DNA of 32,000 nt from Escherichia coli (lineage in GTDB: Bacteria > Pseudomonadota > Gammaproteobacteria > Enterobacterales > Enterobacteriaceae), in assembly GCF_022493195.1 (NCBI RefSeq), contig NZ_CP028739.1, one strand, 5' to 3'. The position numbers and the translations under genes are program-made. How positions within the stretch are numbered: the first letter of the stretch is position 1; every line of letters starts with the position of its first letter. The notes under the pieces were generated by a model. It was not told the origin of the DNA and made no database searches. It saw only the letters and a list, made by a program, of their open reading frames with translations. Positions 1-9,835 of the stretch are shown here, piece by piece.

Positions 1-1526
1 CTCCAGAAGCCAAAACCTGAAAGGCCAATAGACAAACCACCGCGCAGGCTTTCCGCCATTGATTCGTAGTTAGCGTAACAGTCGCCACCCCAGTGTACCG
101 GAAATTTCTGCGCACCAACGGAGGCCGAGCGGGCAAACAAGACGGCTTCTTCCTCACCAACGGTGTCCTTGAGCACGTTCCACACCAGTTCGTTGTAGAT
201 GTACGCATAATGGTTATGCATTTTCTGCGGATCGGAACCATCAAACCACTGAACATCGGTTGGAATACGTTCGCCAAAGTCGGTCTTAAAGCAATCAACG
301 CCCATCGCGACCAGACCTTTCAGTTTGTCGGCGTACCATTTGCAGGCATCCGGATTGGTAAAGTCATAAATCGCCAGACCTGGCTGCCATTTATCCCACT
401 GCCACAGCGAACCGTCCGGGCGTTTGAGTAAATAACCTTTCTCTTGTAACTCTTTAAAGACGGGGGATTTTTGCCCAATATAGGGGTTAATCCAGACGCA
501 GATTTTCAGCCCTTTCGCTTTCAGACGGCGGATCATCCCCTCCGGGTCCGGAAAAGTCAGCGGGTCCCACTCAAAATCGCACCACTGGAAGGCTTTCATC
601 CAGAAACAGTCAAAGTGGAAAACATGCAGCGGCAGATTGCGTTCCGCCATACCATCGATAAAGCTGTTTACCGTCGCTTCGTCGTAGTTGGTGGTAAATG
701 AAGTGGTTAGCCACAGACCGAAGGACCACGCGGGCGGCAGCGCCGGACGGCCAGTAAAACGGGTATAACGATCAAGTACCGCTTTCGGCGTCGGGCCGTC
801 GATAACAAAGTATTCGAGATATTCACTCTCAACGCTGAACTGTACTTTGGAGACTTTCTCTGCTCCCACTTCAAAAGAGACGCATTGAGGATGATTGACC
901 AGTACCCCATAACCACGGTTAGTCATATAAAACGGGATATTTTTATACGCCTGTTCAGTACTTGTGCCGCCGTCCCGGTTCCAGGTCTCTACCGTCTGGC
1001 CATTGCGCACCAGGGCAGTAAAGCGCTCTCCCAGACCGTAAACTGTTTCGCCAACGCCAAGATCCAGCCGCTCAAACATATAATTTCGTTGATTATTCGT
1101 GTCCTGCACGTAGCCGTTATTTTTCACCTGACTACCGGTAATACGTTCGCCGTTGCGCAGAAAATCCAGTGACCAGAACTCACCTTTACTGACACGCGCA
1201 CTTAAGTTGCCACTTTTAAACTCAGCGTAACGCTCTGTGTTTTCGATAGTGACCTTCACGTCCTGCAAAATATTGAGCGGGTAATGAGGACCGTTATTCA
1301 GCGCCCCCTGAAAATGCTCAATCCGTACACCGACAATACCTTCCTGTGGGGAGAAAAAGCGCAGCGTAAATAAAGGAGTATCAAGCTGCCAGGTACGTTC
1401 ACGCACATCACGAGGGGCAGCATAGACCACCATTTCATTACCCTGCTGTTCAACCTCGAACACCTGAAGCGGGTGAATCAAATTGAGGCCAGGTTGAATC
1501 AACCAGTTTCCGTCGCTAATTTTCAT
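1..1526 (-). CDS. yicI: Alpha-xylosidase YicI (GH31), 3' part missing at the window edge
   Basis: Minus-strand frame starting at CAT 1524-1526 reads [13 protein letters not shown]...; internal GH31 catalytic motif [12 protein letters not shown] at about 255-292. It runs off the left edge, so it is absent from the ORF track. Confidence 0.95.
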   Translation of the reverse strand, partial: MKISDGNWLIQPGLNLIHPLQVFEVEQQGNEMVVYAAPRDVRERTWQLDTPLFTLRFFSPQEGIVGVRIEHFQGALNNGPHYPLNILQDVKVTIENTERYAEFKSGNLSARVSKGEFWSLDFLRNGERITGSQVKNNGYVQDTNNQRNYMFERLDLGVGETVYGLGERFTALVRNGQTVETWNRDGGTSTEQAYKNIPFYMTNRGYGVLVNHPQCVSFEVGAEKVSKVQFSVESEYLEYFVIDGPTPKAVLDRYTRFTGRPALPPAWSFGLWLTTSFTTNYDEATVNSFIDGMAERNLPLHVFHFDCFWMKAFQWCDFEWDPLTFPDPEGMIRRLKAKGLKICVWINPYIGQKSPVFKELQEKGYLLKRPDGSLWQWDKWQPGLAIYDFTNPDACKWYADKLKGLVAMGVDCFKTDFGERIPTDVQWFDGSDPQKMHNHYAYIYNELVWNVLKDTVGEEEAVLFARSASVGAQKFPVHWGGDCYANYESMAESLRGGLSIGLSGFGFW

Positions 1527-1535
1527 TGCCGTTCC

Positions 1536-2918
1536 TTAGTTCTGCACTTCTTGAGAGGTGAATTGTTGCTGGCAACGGCGTTTGCCCTGCGCCAGCTGTT
1601 CCATAACGGTTTTCAGATTGTGCGTCGTGAGCGAGTAGTAGCGTTTAGCGATAATCGCGCTCAGCAAGTAACAGATCGCCGGAACAATCGTGAATAGCGC
1701 GATAATGATGCTAATTGTGGCGCTGTTCTGCGCTTTTTCTGCCGCATCATATCCGCCATAAGCCAGCATCCAGCCGATAAGGGCACCACCGAAGGCCAAC
1801 CCCAGTTTGAGCACAAACAGCGTGCCAGCAAAACTGATCCCGGTCAGGCGTTTACCATTGCACCACTCGCCGTAGTCGACGGTATCGGACATCATTACCC
1901 ACTGGATAGGTGTCACCAGTTGATGCAGCACACCAATCACGAAGATGAAGACAAACATGGTGATGCTGGCCTGCATAGGAACAAAGAACATCGCCAGGCT
2001 AATCACTGCCAGCAGGGCGTTCGTCCACCAGAAGATAGTGACTTTACATTTCCAGTCGGTCAGCGGTTTCGCCAGTGCGGAGCCAATCAGGTTACCCACG
2101 CAATAAGTGGTGAGAAAAGCGACAAACACTTCCGGCGTACCCAAAATCCATGTGACGTAATACATCATCGCCCCACCGCGTACGCACACCGCCAGGATAT
2201 TGAAAATTGTCAGGAAACCGACAATACGCCACTGGTCGTTTTGCCAGATATCACGTAAATCATCCCGCATAGACGTCGTTGTAGGTGGTGCTTCAACGCG
2301 TTCTTTAGTGGTGAAGAAACAGAATGCCAGCATCATAAATGCCACCACGGAAAGGACCGCGATACCGCCCTGGAAACCGAGTGGTTTATTATCACCACCA
2401 ATTAAATTAACCAGTGGCATCATCAGAACAGTAGAGAGCATGCCTCCCGCGGTCGCCAGCACAAAACGCCAGGATTGCAGCGAGATACGCTGAGTCGGGT
2501 CATTGGTGATTACACCACCCAATGCGCAGTAAGGGATATTGACGATGGTATAAAGTAAGGTAAGTAGAGTGTAAGTAATTGCTGCATAAATCATTTTTCC
2601 GTTCATACTGAGATCTGGCGTGCTATAGGCCAGTACACAGACGATCCCGAATGGCAGTGCGCCAAACAGTACCCACGGACGAAATTTACCCCAGCGAGAG
2701 CGCGTTCGATCGGCCAACAACCCCATGCAAGGATCGGAAATCGCATCCAGTGCACGAGCGACCAAAAACATGGTTCCGACAAATCCGGCAGGAATGCCAA
2801 AAATATCGGTATAAAAGAACATCATATATAACATTACGTTATCGAAAATAATGTGGCTGGCGGCGTCTCCCATGCCATAACCAATTTTCTCTTTAACGGA
2901 CAACACTTCACTCTTCAT
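1536..2918 (-). CDS. yicJ: MFS/GPH-family sugar:cation symporter YicJ (460 aa from MKSEVLSVKEK)
   Basis: ORF 1536..2975. The internal start at 2918 fits the known protein length. Adjacent to and codirectional with yicI. Confidence 0.93.
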   Translation of the reverse strand: MKSEVLSVKEKIGYGMGDAASHIIFDNVMLYMMFFYTDIFGIPAGFVGTMFLVARALDAISDPCMGLLADRTRSRWGKFRPWVLFGALPFGIVCVLAYSTPDLSMNGKMIYAAITYTLLTLLYTIVNIPYCALGGVITNDPTQRISLQSWRFVLATAGGMLSTVLMMPLVNLIGGDNKPLGFQGGIAVLSVVAFMMLAFCFFTTKERVEAPPTTTSMRDDLRDIWQNDQWRIVGFLTIFNILAVCVRGGAMMYYVTWILGTPEVFVAFLTTYCVGNLIGSALAKPLTDWKCKVTIFWWTNALLAVISLAMFFVPMQASITMFVFIFVIGVLHQLVTPIQWVMMSDTVDYGEWCNGKRLTGISFAGTLFVLKLGLAFGGALIGWMLAYGGYDAAEKAQNSATISIIIALFTIVPAICYLLSAIIAKRYYSLTTHNLKTVMEQLAQGKRRCQQQFTSQEVQN

Positions 2919-3173
2919 CTGCTTTTCCTTGATGCTATAGGGGTGCTGAGACCGATAACGCATTTTGTAAACCATCCCTGCGAGAGCGAATATTCCGATA
3001 TCTGGTTATTAATTTATGATTCTTGTTTTATGTGATCGTGGTAGCGTTAATTTCGCTCATATATCATTGTAAAATATGAGTTTTATATGAACTATAATGT
3101 TTTCGTGATAATACGCTGCGTGTATTAGGCGGAAAAAACTGATCTGGGGGATGTAGAAACTCAAGGAAGTAGC

Positions 3174-3179
3174 TATAAT
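3174..3179 (+). promoter_or_regulatory. Probable selC -10 element (tataat)
   Basis: Perfect TATAAT followed by a GC-rich stable-RNA-like discriminator (gcgccccgcc), 31 nt upstream of mature selC. Confidence 0.55.
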
Positions 3180-3210
3180 GCGCCCCGCCACCATGTAGCA
3201 ATCGAGGCGC

Positions 3211-3305
3211 GGAAGATCGTCGTCTCCGGTGAGGCGGCTGGACTTCAAATCCAGTTGGGGCCGCCAGCGGTCCCGGGCAGGTTCGACTCCTGTGATCTTC
3301 CGCCA
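3211..3305 (+). tRNA. selC: tRNA-Sec (UCA anticodon), 95 nt
   Basis: Sequence ggaagatcgtcgtctccggtgaggcggctggacttcaaatccagttggggccgccagcggtcccgggcaggttcgactcctgtgatcttccgcca. It has the long acceptor stem, long variable arm, encoded CCA and ctTCAaa anticodon loop. Confidence 0.98.
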
Positions 3306-3316
3306 AAATGCCTCTA
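3284..3316 (+). repeat. selC 3' end plus flank, copy 1 of an att-like direct repeat
   Basis: cgactcctgtgatcttccgccaaaatgcctct. It repeats at 4507-4534 with a 4-nt deletion. Confidence 0.8.
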
Positions 3317-3357
3317 CTGAACTCTCCCGACGTCAACAACACTCCTTCGGAGGTGAC

Positions 3358-4395
3358 ATGTCAGACAAAGACTTAACCCAGCCCCCAGCAGGCGAGTTTA
3401 TTATGTTTGCCAGCGGTGACGGAAGAGTGCGTGTTGAATGTCGCTTTGAGTCAGACACAATCTGGTTATCTCAGGCGGCAATGGCTGAACTGTACGATAA
3501 AGATGTTCGCACTATTAACGAACATTTAATCAATATATTTTCCGAAGGTGAACTTGTTCAAAACTCAACCATCCGGAAATTCCGGATAGTTCGCCAGGAA
3601 GGAAAACGTCAGGTTTCCAGAGAGATAGACCATTACAACCTCGAAGCCATTCTCGCTGTCGGCTATCGCGTTCGCTCGCCTCGAGGCACGCAATTCCGCC
3701 AGTGGGCCACCCAGACGCTTCAGGAATACCTGATCAAAGGTTTTGTGATGGACGATGAGCGGCTGAAGAATCCGCCTGTCGGTTCATCGGTTGTGCCCGA
3801 CTATTTTGATGAGATGCTTGAACGCATCCGCGATATTCGCGCCAGCGAGCGTCGGGTATATTTGCGGGTGCGGGAGATCTTTGCTTTAGCTGCCGACTAT
3901 CAGCCATCGCTTAAAGAAACCACGCAATTTTTTCAAACCATCCAGAATAAACTGCATTTTGCCTGTACCGGGCATACCGCTGCGGAACTCATCCACAAAC
4001 GAGCAGATGCCAGCCAGCCGCACATGGGCTTGACCAGTTATAAAGGTGAAGAGGTACGTAAGGGCGACGTGACGGTGGCAAAAAATTATCTCACCCAGGA
4101 TGAGGTCAGCGAACTTAATCGCGTGGTTAATATGTGGCTGGACTTTGCCGAGGATCAGGCCCGTCGTCGTCAGCAAGTCTTTTTGCGCGACTGGCAGGAT
4201 AAGCTGGATCAGTTCCTGCAATTTAACGACCGAGAGGTTCTACAGGGCGTTGGTAAAATCAGCAAGAAAATGGCCGATGAAAAAGCGCAGGCGGAGTATG
4301 TTCAGTTTGCCGAACAACAACGGCGCTTAAAAGAAGCCGAAGGCGAGAAGGATATCGCTGGTTTGCTACAGTGGAATAAAGAGTCGAAAAAGTAG
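3358..4395 (+). CDS. rhuM: RhuM-family protein (virulence RhuM family), 345 aa
   Basis: In-frame ATG at 3358 preceded by ggaggtgac (SD). Protein MSDKDLTQPPAGEFIMFASGDGRVRVECRFESDTIWLSQAAMAELYDKDVRTINEHLINIFSEGEL... has the typical RhuM N-terminal region, and the ORF is full length to QWNKESKK*. Codons upstream of 3358 in the ORF track lie inside selC. Confidence 0.88.
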   Translation: MSDKDLTQPPAGEFIMFASGDGRVRVECRFESDTIWLSQAAMAELYDKDVRTINEHLINIFSEGELVQNSTIRKFRIVRQEGKRQVSREIDHYNLEAILAVGYRVRSPRGTQFRQWATQTLQEYLIKGFVMDDERLKNPPVGSSVVPDYFDEMLERIRDIRASERRVYLRVREIFALAADYQPSLKETTQFFQTIQNKLHFACTGHTAAELIHKRADASQPHMGLTSYKGEEVRKGDVTVAKNYLTQDEVSELNRVVNMWLDFAEDQARRRQQVFLRDWQDKLDQFLQFNDREVLQGVGKISKKMADEKAQAEYVQFAEQQRRLKEAEGEKDIAGLLQWNKESKK

Positions 4396-4506
4396 CCCGG
4401 AATCCCCCCAAACGCCATACGCAAAACCATTTGGGGGTACTTATGGGGTTACTCATTTATCAAATTCAAAATATAAACATTAAATCAATAACTTAACCAT
4501 CAAATG

Positions 4507-4534
4507 CGACTCCTGTGATCGCCAAAATGCCTCT
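4507..4534 (+). repeat. Degenerate selC 3' end copy 2 (att-like remnant)
   Basis: cgactcctgtgatc[-ttcc-]gccaaaatgcctct. Identical to 3284-3316 apart from the missing ttcc. Confidence 0.8.
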
Positions 4535-4618
4535 TCAGTGATCCTCATCCTGCTTATTTCTGAGCAACCTGACCCTGCTGATGTATCTGGTAGTATGACA
4601 GAGTGATTCGTTTTTCTT

Positions 4619-4824
4619 GCCGAGTGTACGAAAACGTCTTCCTTGCCACCGACTATCAACCGTCACTCAAAAAAACCTCTCTTTTTTTCAAGCTATCAAG
4701 AATAAGTTGCATTTTATCTGCACCGGACACCAGCCATCCATATATGGCTTTTACCTGCTACAAAGATGAAGAAGTGCATAAATGTGATGTTAAAACAATC
4801 AGAGAAAAATTACATGCGCAATAA
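4619..4824 (+). pseudogene. Degraded second rhuM-family fragment (frameshift plus internal deletion)
   Basis: RVYENVFLATDYQPSLKKT... then, in another frame, FFQAIKNKLHFICTGH, then SHPYMAFTCYKDEEVHKCDV. This matches RVYLRVREIFALAADYQPSLKET/FFQTIQNKLHFACTGH/SQPHMGLTSYKGEEVRKGDV of the intact copy, with TAAELIHKRADA missing. Confidence 0.85.
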
Positions 4825-4964
4825 TTTCACTATAACATTATAATCCATGGTGAAAATAACACTGCACAAGGATTGTCATCATCAAACTCATCGGAACTAT
4901 TTTTTCTGTCGTCATTGGTGTAATACTGATTGTAAGTATCCTTTCAGGAGATTATTTTTGCCGT

Positions 4965-5462
4965 GTGGGGCATGGAACTTGTAAAGCAGCCAAAAACGCT
5001 AGGCATTTAATTGAAAGTAAAGAGAAAAACAGAAGTAGTCGCGTCAAAGTCTTTAGCACACATATTAATTTGAGTCATCCAGCGGCATCCTGGCTAGCAA
5101 CTCAAACTTGCGCTAACAATATATTCAATCTGTTTCAAAACAATAATGCCCTTTATTTATTCGAAAACGATAATAAAATTGAACTGCGAATGGGGCATGA
5201 TTCTTTTTTCTCTATTGAAACGATTGATAAAATTAACAAAGAAAACATCAAAGAAATAAAACTAAAAAATGATACAACATATGTTTCTCTTCCTAATCCA
5301 ACCATTTTAATAACCACGACATCAACACCTGAACGACAGTTTTCTATTTCTGTTCTGGATGATGATAACAAAGAAAATCTACCTACCGATACCGCACCTT
5401 GTTTTACAATTGGTATTCCTGATGAATATACTAAAGCCATAGAGTTATTGAACATTAAATAA
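4965..5462 (+). CDS. Hypothetical protein, 165 aa as called (GTG start). The true reading frame may extend upstream through a TM segment.
   Basis: Open AT-rich frame. The same frame continues upstream to about 4860 and encodes IVIIKLIGTIFSVVIGVILIVSILSGDYFCRV, but without a standard start except the internal GTG at 4965. Confidence 0.5.
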   Translation: MGHGTCKAAKNARHLIESKEKNRSSRVKVFSTHINLSHPAASWLATQTCANNIFNLFQNNNALYLFENDNKIELRMGHDSFFSIETIDKINKENIKEIKLKNDTTYVSLPNPTILITTTSTPERQFSISVLDDDNKENLPTDTAPCFTIGIPDEYTKAIELLNIK

Positions 5463-5628
5463 TTAAATTTCATATTGAGTTTTTTTAAACACCATATGAA
5501 TAATTGTTATATGTCATTATTTCCTCCATTCACTAAAACTGATTGATTACTCTACTCCCTCACCGTCATCGGTAGTGGTATCCTTAACGTATATTGATGA
5601 AAAGACAAAACAGTATGCAGAGGGAAAA

Positions 5629-6552
5629 ATGGGTTCCACCAGAAAGGGGATGCTGAACGTTCTGATTGCCGCCGTGTTGTGGGGAAGTTCAGGGGTCTGC
5701 GCGCAATACATCATGGAGCAAAGCCAGATGTCGTCGCAGTTTTTGACTATGACGCGTTTGATATTCGCCGGTTTGATTCTGCTGACGCTATCATTTGTTC
5801 ATGGTGATAAAATCTTTTCTATTATTAACAATCACAAAGATGCCATTAGCCTACTGATTTTTTCCGTGGTTGGCGCGCTAACCGTACAGCTCACTTTTTT
5901 GCTAACCATCGAAAAATCGAACGCAGCCACGGCAACGGTGCTGCAATTCCTCTCACCGACTATTATCGTCGCCTGGTTCTCACTGGTGCGTAAATCCCGC
6001 CCCGGCATCCTGGTTTTTTGCGCTATTTTGACATCGCTGATCGGGACTTTTTTATTGGTGACACACGGTAATCCGACGTCATTATCGATCTCTCCTGCCG
6101 CGTTATTCTGGGGGATTGCCTCGGCATTTGCTGCTGCATTCTATACCACCTATCCCTCAACGCTGATTGCCCGCTATGGCACGTTACCGGTCGTCGGCTG
6201 GAGTATGCTCATTGGCGGTCTGCTCCTGCTGCCCTTTTATGCCAGACAAGGGACAAACTTTGTCGTTAACGGCAGTTTGATTCTGGCGTTTTTTTATTTG
6301 GTGGTCATTGGTACGTCCCTGACATTTAGTCTGTACCTGAAAGGAGCACAATTAATTGGCGGTCCAAAAGCCAGCATTTTAAGCTGTGCAGAACCATTAA
6401 GTAGCGCGCTGCTCTCTTTGTTGTTGCTGGGGATCACCTTCACATTGCCGGACTGGCTGGGAACGCTGCTGATTCTGTCATCGGTGATTTTGATTTCAAT
6501 GGATTCCCGCCGCCGCGCCAGAAAAATAAATCGTCCGGCGCGGCATGAGTGA
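5629..6552 (+). CDS. yicL: EamA-family inner-membrane transporter YicL (307 aa)
   Basis: ATG at 5629 ([23 protein letters not shown]...) preceded by cagaggga. Ten-TM EamA-like sequence. Confidence 0.93.
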   Translation: MGSTRKGMLNVLIAAVLWGSSGVCAQYIMEQSQMSSQFLTMTRLIFAGLILLTLSFVHGDKIFSIINNHKDAISLLIFSVVGALTVQLTFLLTIEKSNAATATVLQFLSPTIIVAWFSLVRKSRPGILVFCAILTSLIGTFLLVTHGNPTSLSISPAALFWGIASAFAAAFYTTYPSTLIARYGTLPVVGWSMLIGGLLLLPFYARQGTNFVVNGSLILAFFYLVVIGTSLTFSLYLKGAQLIGGPKASILSCAEPLSSALLSLLLLGITFTLPDWLGTLLILSSVILISMDSRRRARKINRPARHE

Positions 6553-6555
6553 GAA

Positions 6556-7374
6556 TTACCAGCCAGGCACCGCGCCACCGTTAAAGATGGTTTCTGCCGC
6601 TTTAGCGACTTCGGGTGATTGATAAGATTGCAGAAATTCCTTCACGTTTTCTGCATTCTTATTATCTTCCCGTGCCACCAGAATATTCACATACGGCGAA
6701 TTTTTATCTTCAATAAATACGCTGTCGTTAACCGGAGAAAGTCCTGTTTGCTGGATGTAAGTGGTGCTGATAATCGCTACATCCACTTTCGGGTCGTCCA
6801 GTACACGTGGCAACTGTGCCCCTTCCAGCTCCATTATCTGCAAATGGCGTGGATTATCGGTTATATCCAACGCGGTAGGTAATAACCCTTTTCCTTCTTT
6901 CAGAGTAATTAGCTTCTCTTTTTGCAGCAGTAAAAGCGCGCGACCAAGGTTAGTCGGGTCGTTGGGGATCGCCACTGTCGCACCTTCTTTTATTTGCGCC
7001 ACTGTTTTGATTTTTTTGGAATAGCCCGCCATGGGGAAGACAAACGTATTTCCCACCGCTACCAGTTTATAACCATGCGCCTGATTATCTTGTTCAAGAA
7101 AGGGTCGATGCTGGAAGACGTTCGCATCAAGCTCGCCATGATTTGTCGCATCGTTCGGTAGCAACGAACCGCTAAATCCTACCAGTTCAACATCGAGACC
7201 ATATTTCTCTTTTGCTACCTTTTTAGCGACTTCCGCGACATCTTGTTCTGCGCCATTAATAACGCCAACTTTAATATGCTTTTCATCGCTGCTGCTCTGG
7301 TCGCAACCTGCCAGCAGAACTCCTGCCAGTAATAATGCGGCCCCCGCCCGTAGATGATGTGTTGTCAGTTTCAT
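6556..7374 (-). CDS. nlpA: Lipoprotein-28 NlpA (MetQ-like)
   Basis: 272 aa. Lipobox LLAGC in MKLTTHHLRAGAALLLAGVLLAGCDQ, followed by a NlpA/MetQ-type substrate-binding protein sequence. Confidence 0.96.
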   Translation of the reverse strand: MKLTTHHLRAGAALLLAGVLLAGCDQSSSDEKHIKVGVINGAEQDVAEVAKKVAKEKYGLDVELVGFSGSLLPNDATNHGELDANVFQHRPFLEQDNQAHGYKLVAVGNTFVFPMAGYSKKIKTVAQIKEGATVAIPNDPTNLGRALLLLQKEKLITLKEGKGLLPTALDITDNPRHLQIMELEGAQLPRVLDDPKVDVAIISTTYIQQTGLSPVNDSVFIEDKNSPYVNILVAREDNKNAENVKEFLQSYQSPEVAKAAETIFNGGAVPGW

Positions 7375-7595
7375 TTTTTTATCCTTTTATTAATGATTAC
7401 CTGACTATAGCGGTAAGGTCGCTGCAGTTTAAAAAACGAAACGCTATCGATAAGAATAAAAAGGAATAAAAGTGGAATATAAAGTCTGGCACTTCTTACT
7501 GACCACGCAAACACCTTTCGTACAGCATGATGAGAGCGGCAAAAGCAAACTACACTTATGCTTCATTCGATGCACATTTGCAGAAGGTTGCCGCT

Positions 7596-7889
7596 ATGAA
7601 GCCAACGATGCTACTCATGATTACCGTATTCCTGATTTTTCCAGCCATTTCTCAGGCCGAGTCGCCATTCAGTTCTCTACAGTCGGCAAAAGAGAAAACC
7701 ACGGTATTGCAAGATTTACGTAAAATTTGCACGCCACAGGCGTCATTATCAGATGAAGCGTGGGAAAAGTTAATGTTGTCAGATGAAAACAATAAACAAC
7801 ATATACGCGAGGCCATCGTGGCGATGGAACGTAATAATCAGAGCAATTATTGGGAAGCGTTGGGTAAGGTAGAATGCCCGGATATGTAA
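7596..7889 (+). CDS. yicS: Small exported protein YicS (97 aa)
   Basis: Start at MKPTMLLMITVFLIFPAISQA with a signal peptide (AQA-type cleavage region). Precedes ...YWEALGKVECPDM. Confidence 0.88.
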   Translation: MKPTMLLMITVFLIFPAISQAESPFSSLQSAKEKTTVLQDLRKICTPQASLSDEAWEKLMLSDENNKQHIREAIVAMERNNQSNYWEALGKVECPDM

Positions 7890-7929
7890 GAACGGCAACA
7901 ACCACTGACCAACGCTTCTTTACCTGATA

Positions 7930-9120
7930 TCAGGATTTCTTCATTTTCACCTTTGCAGTCACCAACAATGCAGTCAGCAACATCAATGTGCCGGACAACA
8001 TCAGCGGCGAAGTCAGACCAATGTTATCCAACACATAACCGCCGATTGCCGCACCGCAGGTGTTAGCAAGCTGAATAACGGCCACCTGAATAGATCCAGC
8101 CTTTTCTGCCTGATCGGCCAATGAGCGAGTGATCCACGTTGACCAACCAACGGGAATTAAAGCAAAGGTCAGCCCCCAGATAATCGCCACACCAGTAGCA
8201 ACAATTTTATCGCTTCCCCACAGCGTCAGTACCAGCGCGCTCAGGGCGAGCACAAACGGTGCGCCCGCTAAGGCCAGTTTCACCGAACGTTTGAGAATAA
8301 ACGACGAAAGCGATGTCCCGACAAAGCTGGCGATACCAAAACTCAGCAGCACCAGGGTTAAGCCATCAACACCGAATCCCGCCAGATTCATATACACTGG
8401 GCGAATATAAGTGAAAAAAGCAAACTGTCCGGCAAAGGACATAAAGATGGCGATCATCCCGGCCATCACTCCCGGACGTTGTAATAAGCGGAAAGTATTT
8501 TGTTTCTGATGCGAAGATTCACCTGGCAGCGAAGGCAGTGATTTGATAATCCAGAAAATACACAGCACGCCCATCGCCGCCGCCGCATTAAAGACATTGC
8601 GCCAACCGATAAGCTCGCCTAAAAAACTGCCCAACGGCGCAGCAATCACCAGCGCAATAGAAACCGCGCCGAAGATCACCGACAGCGCCTTCGGCACCGT
8701 ACGCGGCGGTACCAGACGCATGGTCAGCGACGCCGACATCGCCCAGAACCCGCCCAGCGCCAGCCCCAGACAGGCGCGACCGATTAACAGCAGACTGAAT
8801 GAGTTGGCAAAGGAAACCAGCAAACAGGAAAGCGTCAGCAAAACGGCGAACAGAATGACAACGTAGCGGCGGTCAGTGGCCTGAATGGTCTGGGTAATAA
8901 ACAAACTGGCAAACATCGCCACAAAGGCGGTCACGGTCACCGATTGCCCGGCAACCCCTTCCGAAATGCCTAAATCCTGGGCCATTGGCGTCAACAAACT
9001 GACAGGCAAAAACTCAACGATAATCAGACAGGCGACGCAAAACGCCACCGAGAAAACGGCTGACCAGTTCGGTCGGGTGATGGCATTCGCGCCGCGGTTT
9101 TCAGCAATAAATTCACTCAT
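7930..9120 (-). CDS. nepI: MFS purine ribonucleoside efflux pump NepI (396 aa)
   Basis: ORF 7930..9285. Internal start [19 protein letters not shown] at 9120 matches the expected length. 12-TM MFS. Confidence 0.93.
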   Translation of the reverse strand: MSEFIAENRGANAITRPNWSAVFSVAFCVACLIIVEFLPVSLLTPMAQDLGISEGVAGQSVTVTAFVAMFASLFITQTIQATDRRYVVILFAVLLTLSCLLVSFANSFSLLLIGRACLGLALGGFWAMSASLTMRLVPPRTVPKALSVIFGAVSIALVIAAPLGSFLGELIGWRNVFNAAAAMGVLCIFWIIKSLPSLPGESSHQKQNTFRLLQRPGVMAGMIAIFMSFAGQFAFFTYIRPVYMNLAGFGVDGLTLVLLSFGIASFVGTSLSSFILKRSVKLALAGAPFVLALSALVLTLWGSDKIVATGVAIIWGLTFALIPVGWSTWITRSLADQAEKAGSIQVAVIQLANTCGAAIGGYVLDNIGLTSPLMLSGTLMLLTALLVTAKVKMKKS

Positions 9121-9330
9121 GGTGTTACCCGTGGCATGTTTCAGGGGAAAAGCCGACCAGTCTAACATTGAAATGTGTGATGCATTTAACGTTTTTGCAA
9201 CTTTTACGATGTTGCTTGAGCTGGAGTTAAGATCGAAACGGAACAGGGCAAAGATTACCGGATGCGGTGTGAACGCCTTATCCACCCACCAGGTCAGGCG
9301 CGGTCTGTAGGCTGATAAGACGAAACGGTT

Positions 9331-9783
9331 TTAATGCAGCCAGTGAACGCCCTCGGCAGGCTGAAAGAACGCGTTATAGCGCATCTGAAAAGCATTGATA
9401 TCCTGCATTTCAGGTTCGGTTTCGCGCAGAAAACCCAGCGCCAGCCTGACCTGAGCATCAGTAATCGGCGCGGCAAGGCGGGCTTTTTGTAAAATCCGAT
9501 GCCATTGCAGCAGGTTCTGTTCGCTACCATCGACAATGACAATTTGCCAGATGAGCAACACCTGCGCGGCGTTTTGCAGGTGCGACTCATCCGGGCGATG
9601 CAAATAACGTAAAAATTCGTCACCGGCTGACTTTCCCATTTGATCGACCATCGACTCCACGGGTACGACATCGATGTTCAGCCGATCGCTGAGACGGCGA
9701 ATCGCTTTTCTGGCCCCGGATGTCAGCACCCGAAAACCAACCACAAACACTACCGCCAGCGTGGCGAGCATTATCCAGATCAT
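9331..9783 (-). CDS. yicN: Conserved protein YicN (150 aa)
   Basis: ORF with start MIWIMLATLAVVFVVGFRVLTSG; recalled YicN sequence and context. Confidence 0.85.
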   Translation of the reverse strand: MIWIMLATLAVVFVVGFRVLTSGARKAIRRLSDRLNIDVVPVESMVDQMGKSAGDEFLRYLHRPDESHLQNAAQVLLIWQIVIVDGSEQNLLQWHRILQKARLAAPITDAQVRLALGFLRETEPEMQDINAFQMRYNAFFQPAEGVHWLH

Positions 9784-9835
9784 GAGTTCTCCTGCGTAAT
9801 CAGAACTCATGATATCTGGAAACCCTCGCCAGTTA

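Noticed and set aside
93-1172. Several plus-strand ORFs (93..431, 471..701, 885..1172)
   Set aside because: They are antisense shadows of yicI, which is missing from the track only because it runs off the left edge.
3229-3357. ORF track extends the RhuM frame upstream into selC ([24 protein letters not shown]...)
   Set aside because: These codons are inside the structured tRNA-Sec gene. The SD and ATG at 3358 and the RhuM N-terminal sequence indicate the real start.
9305-9325. ctgtaggctgataagacgaaa resembles half of a REP element
   Set aside because: There is no partner arm or typical palindromic structure nearby. Too short to call with confidence.
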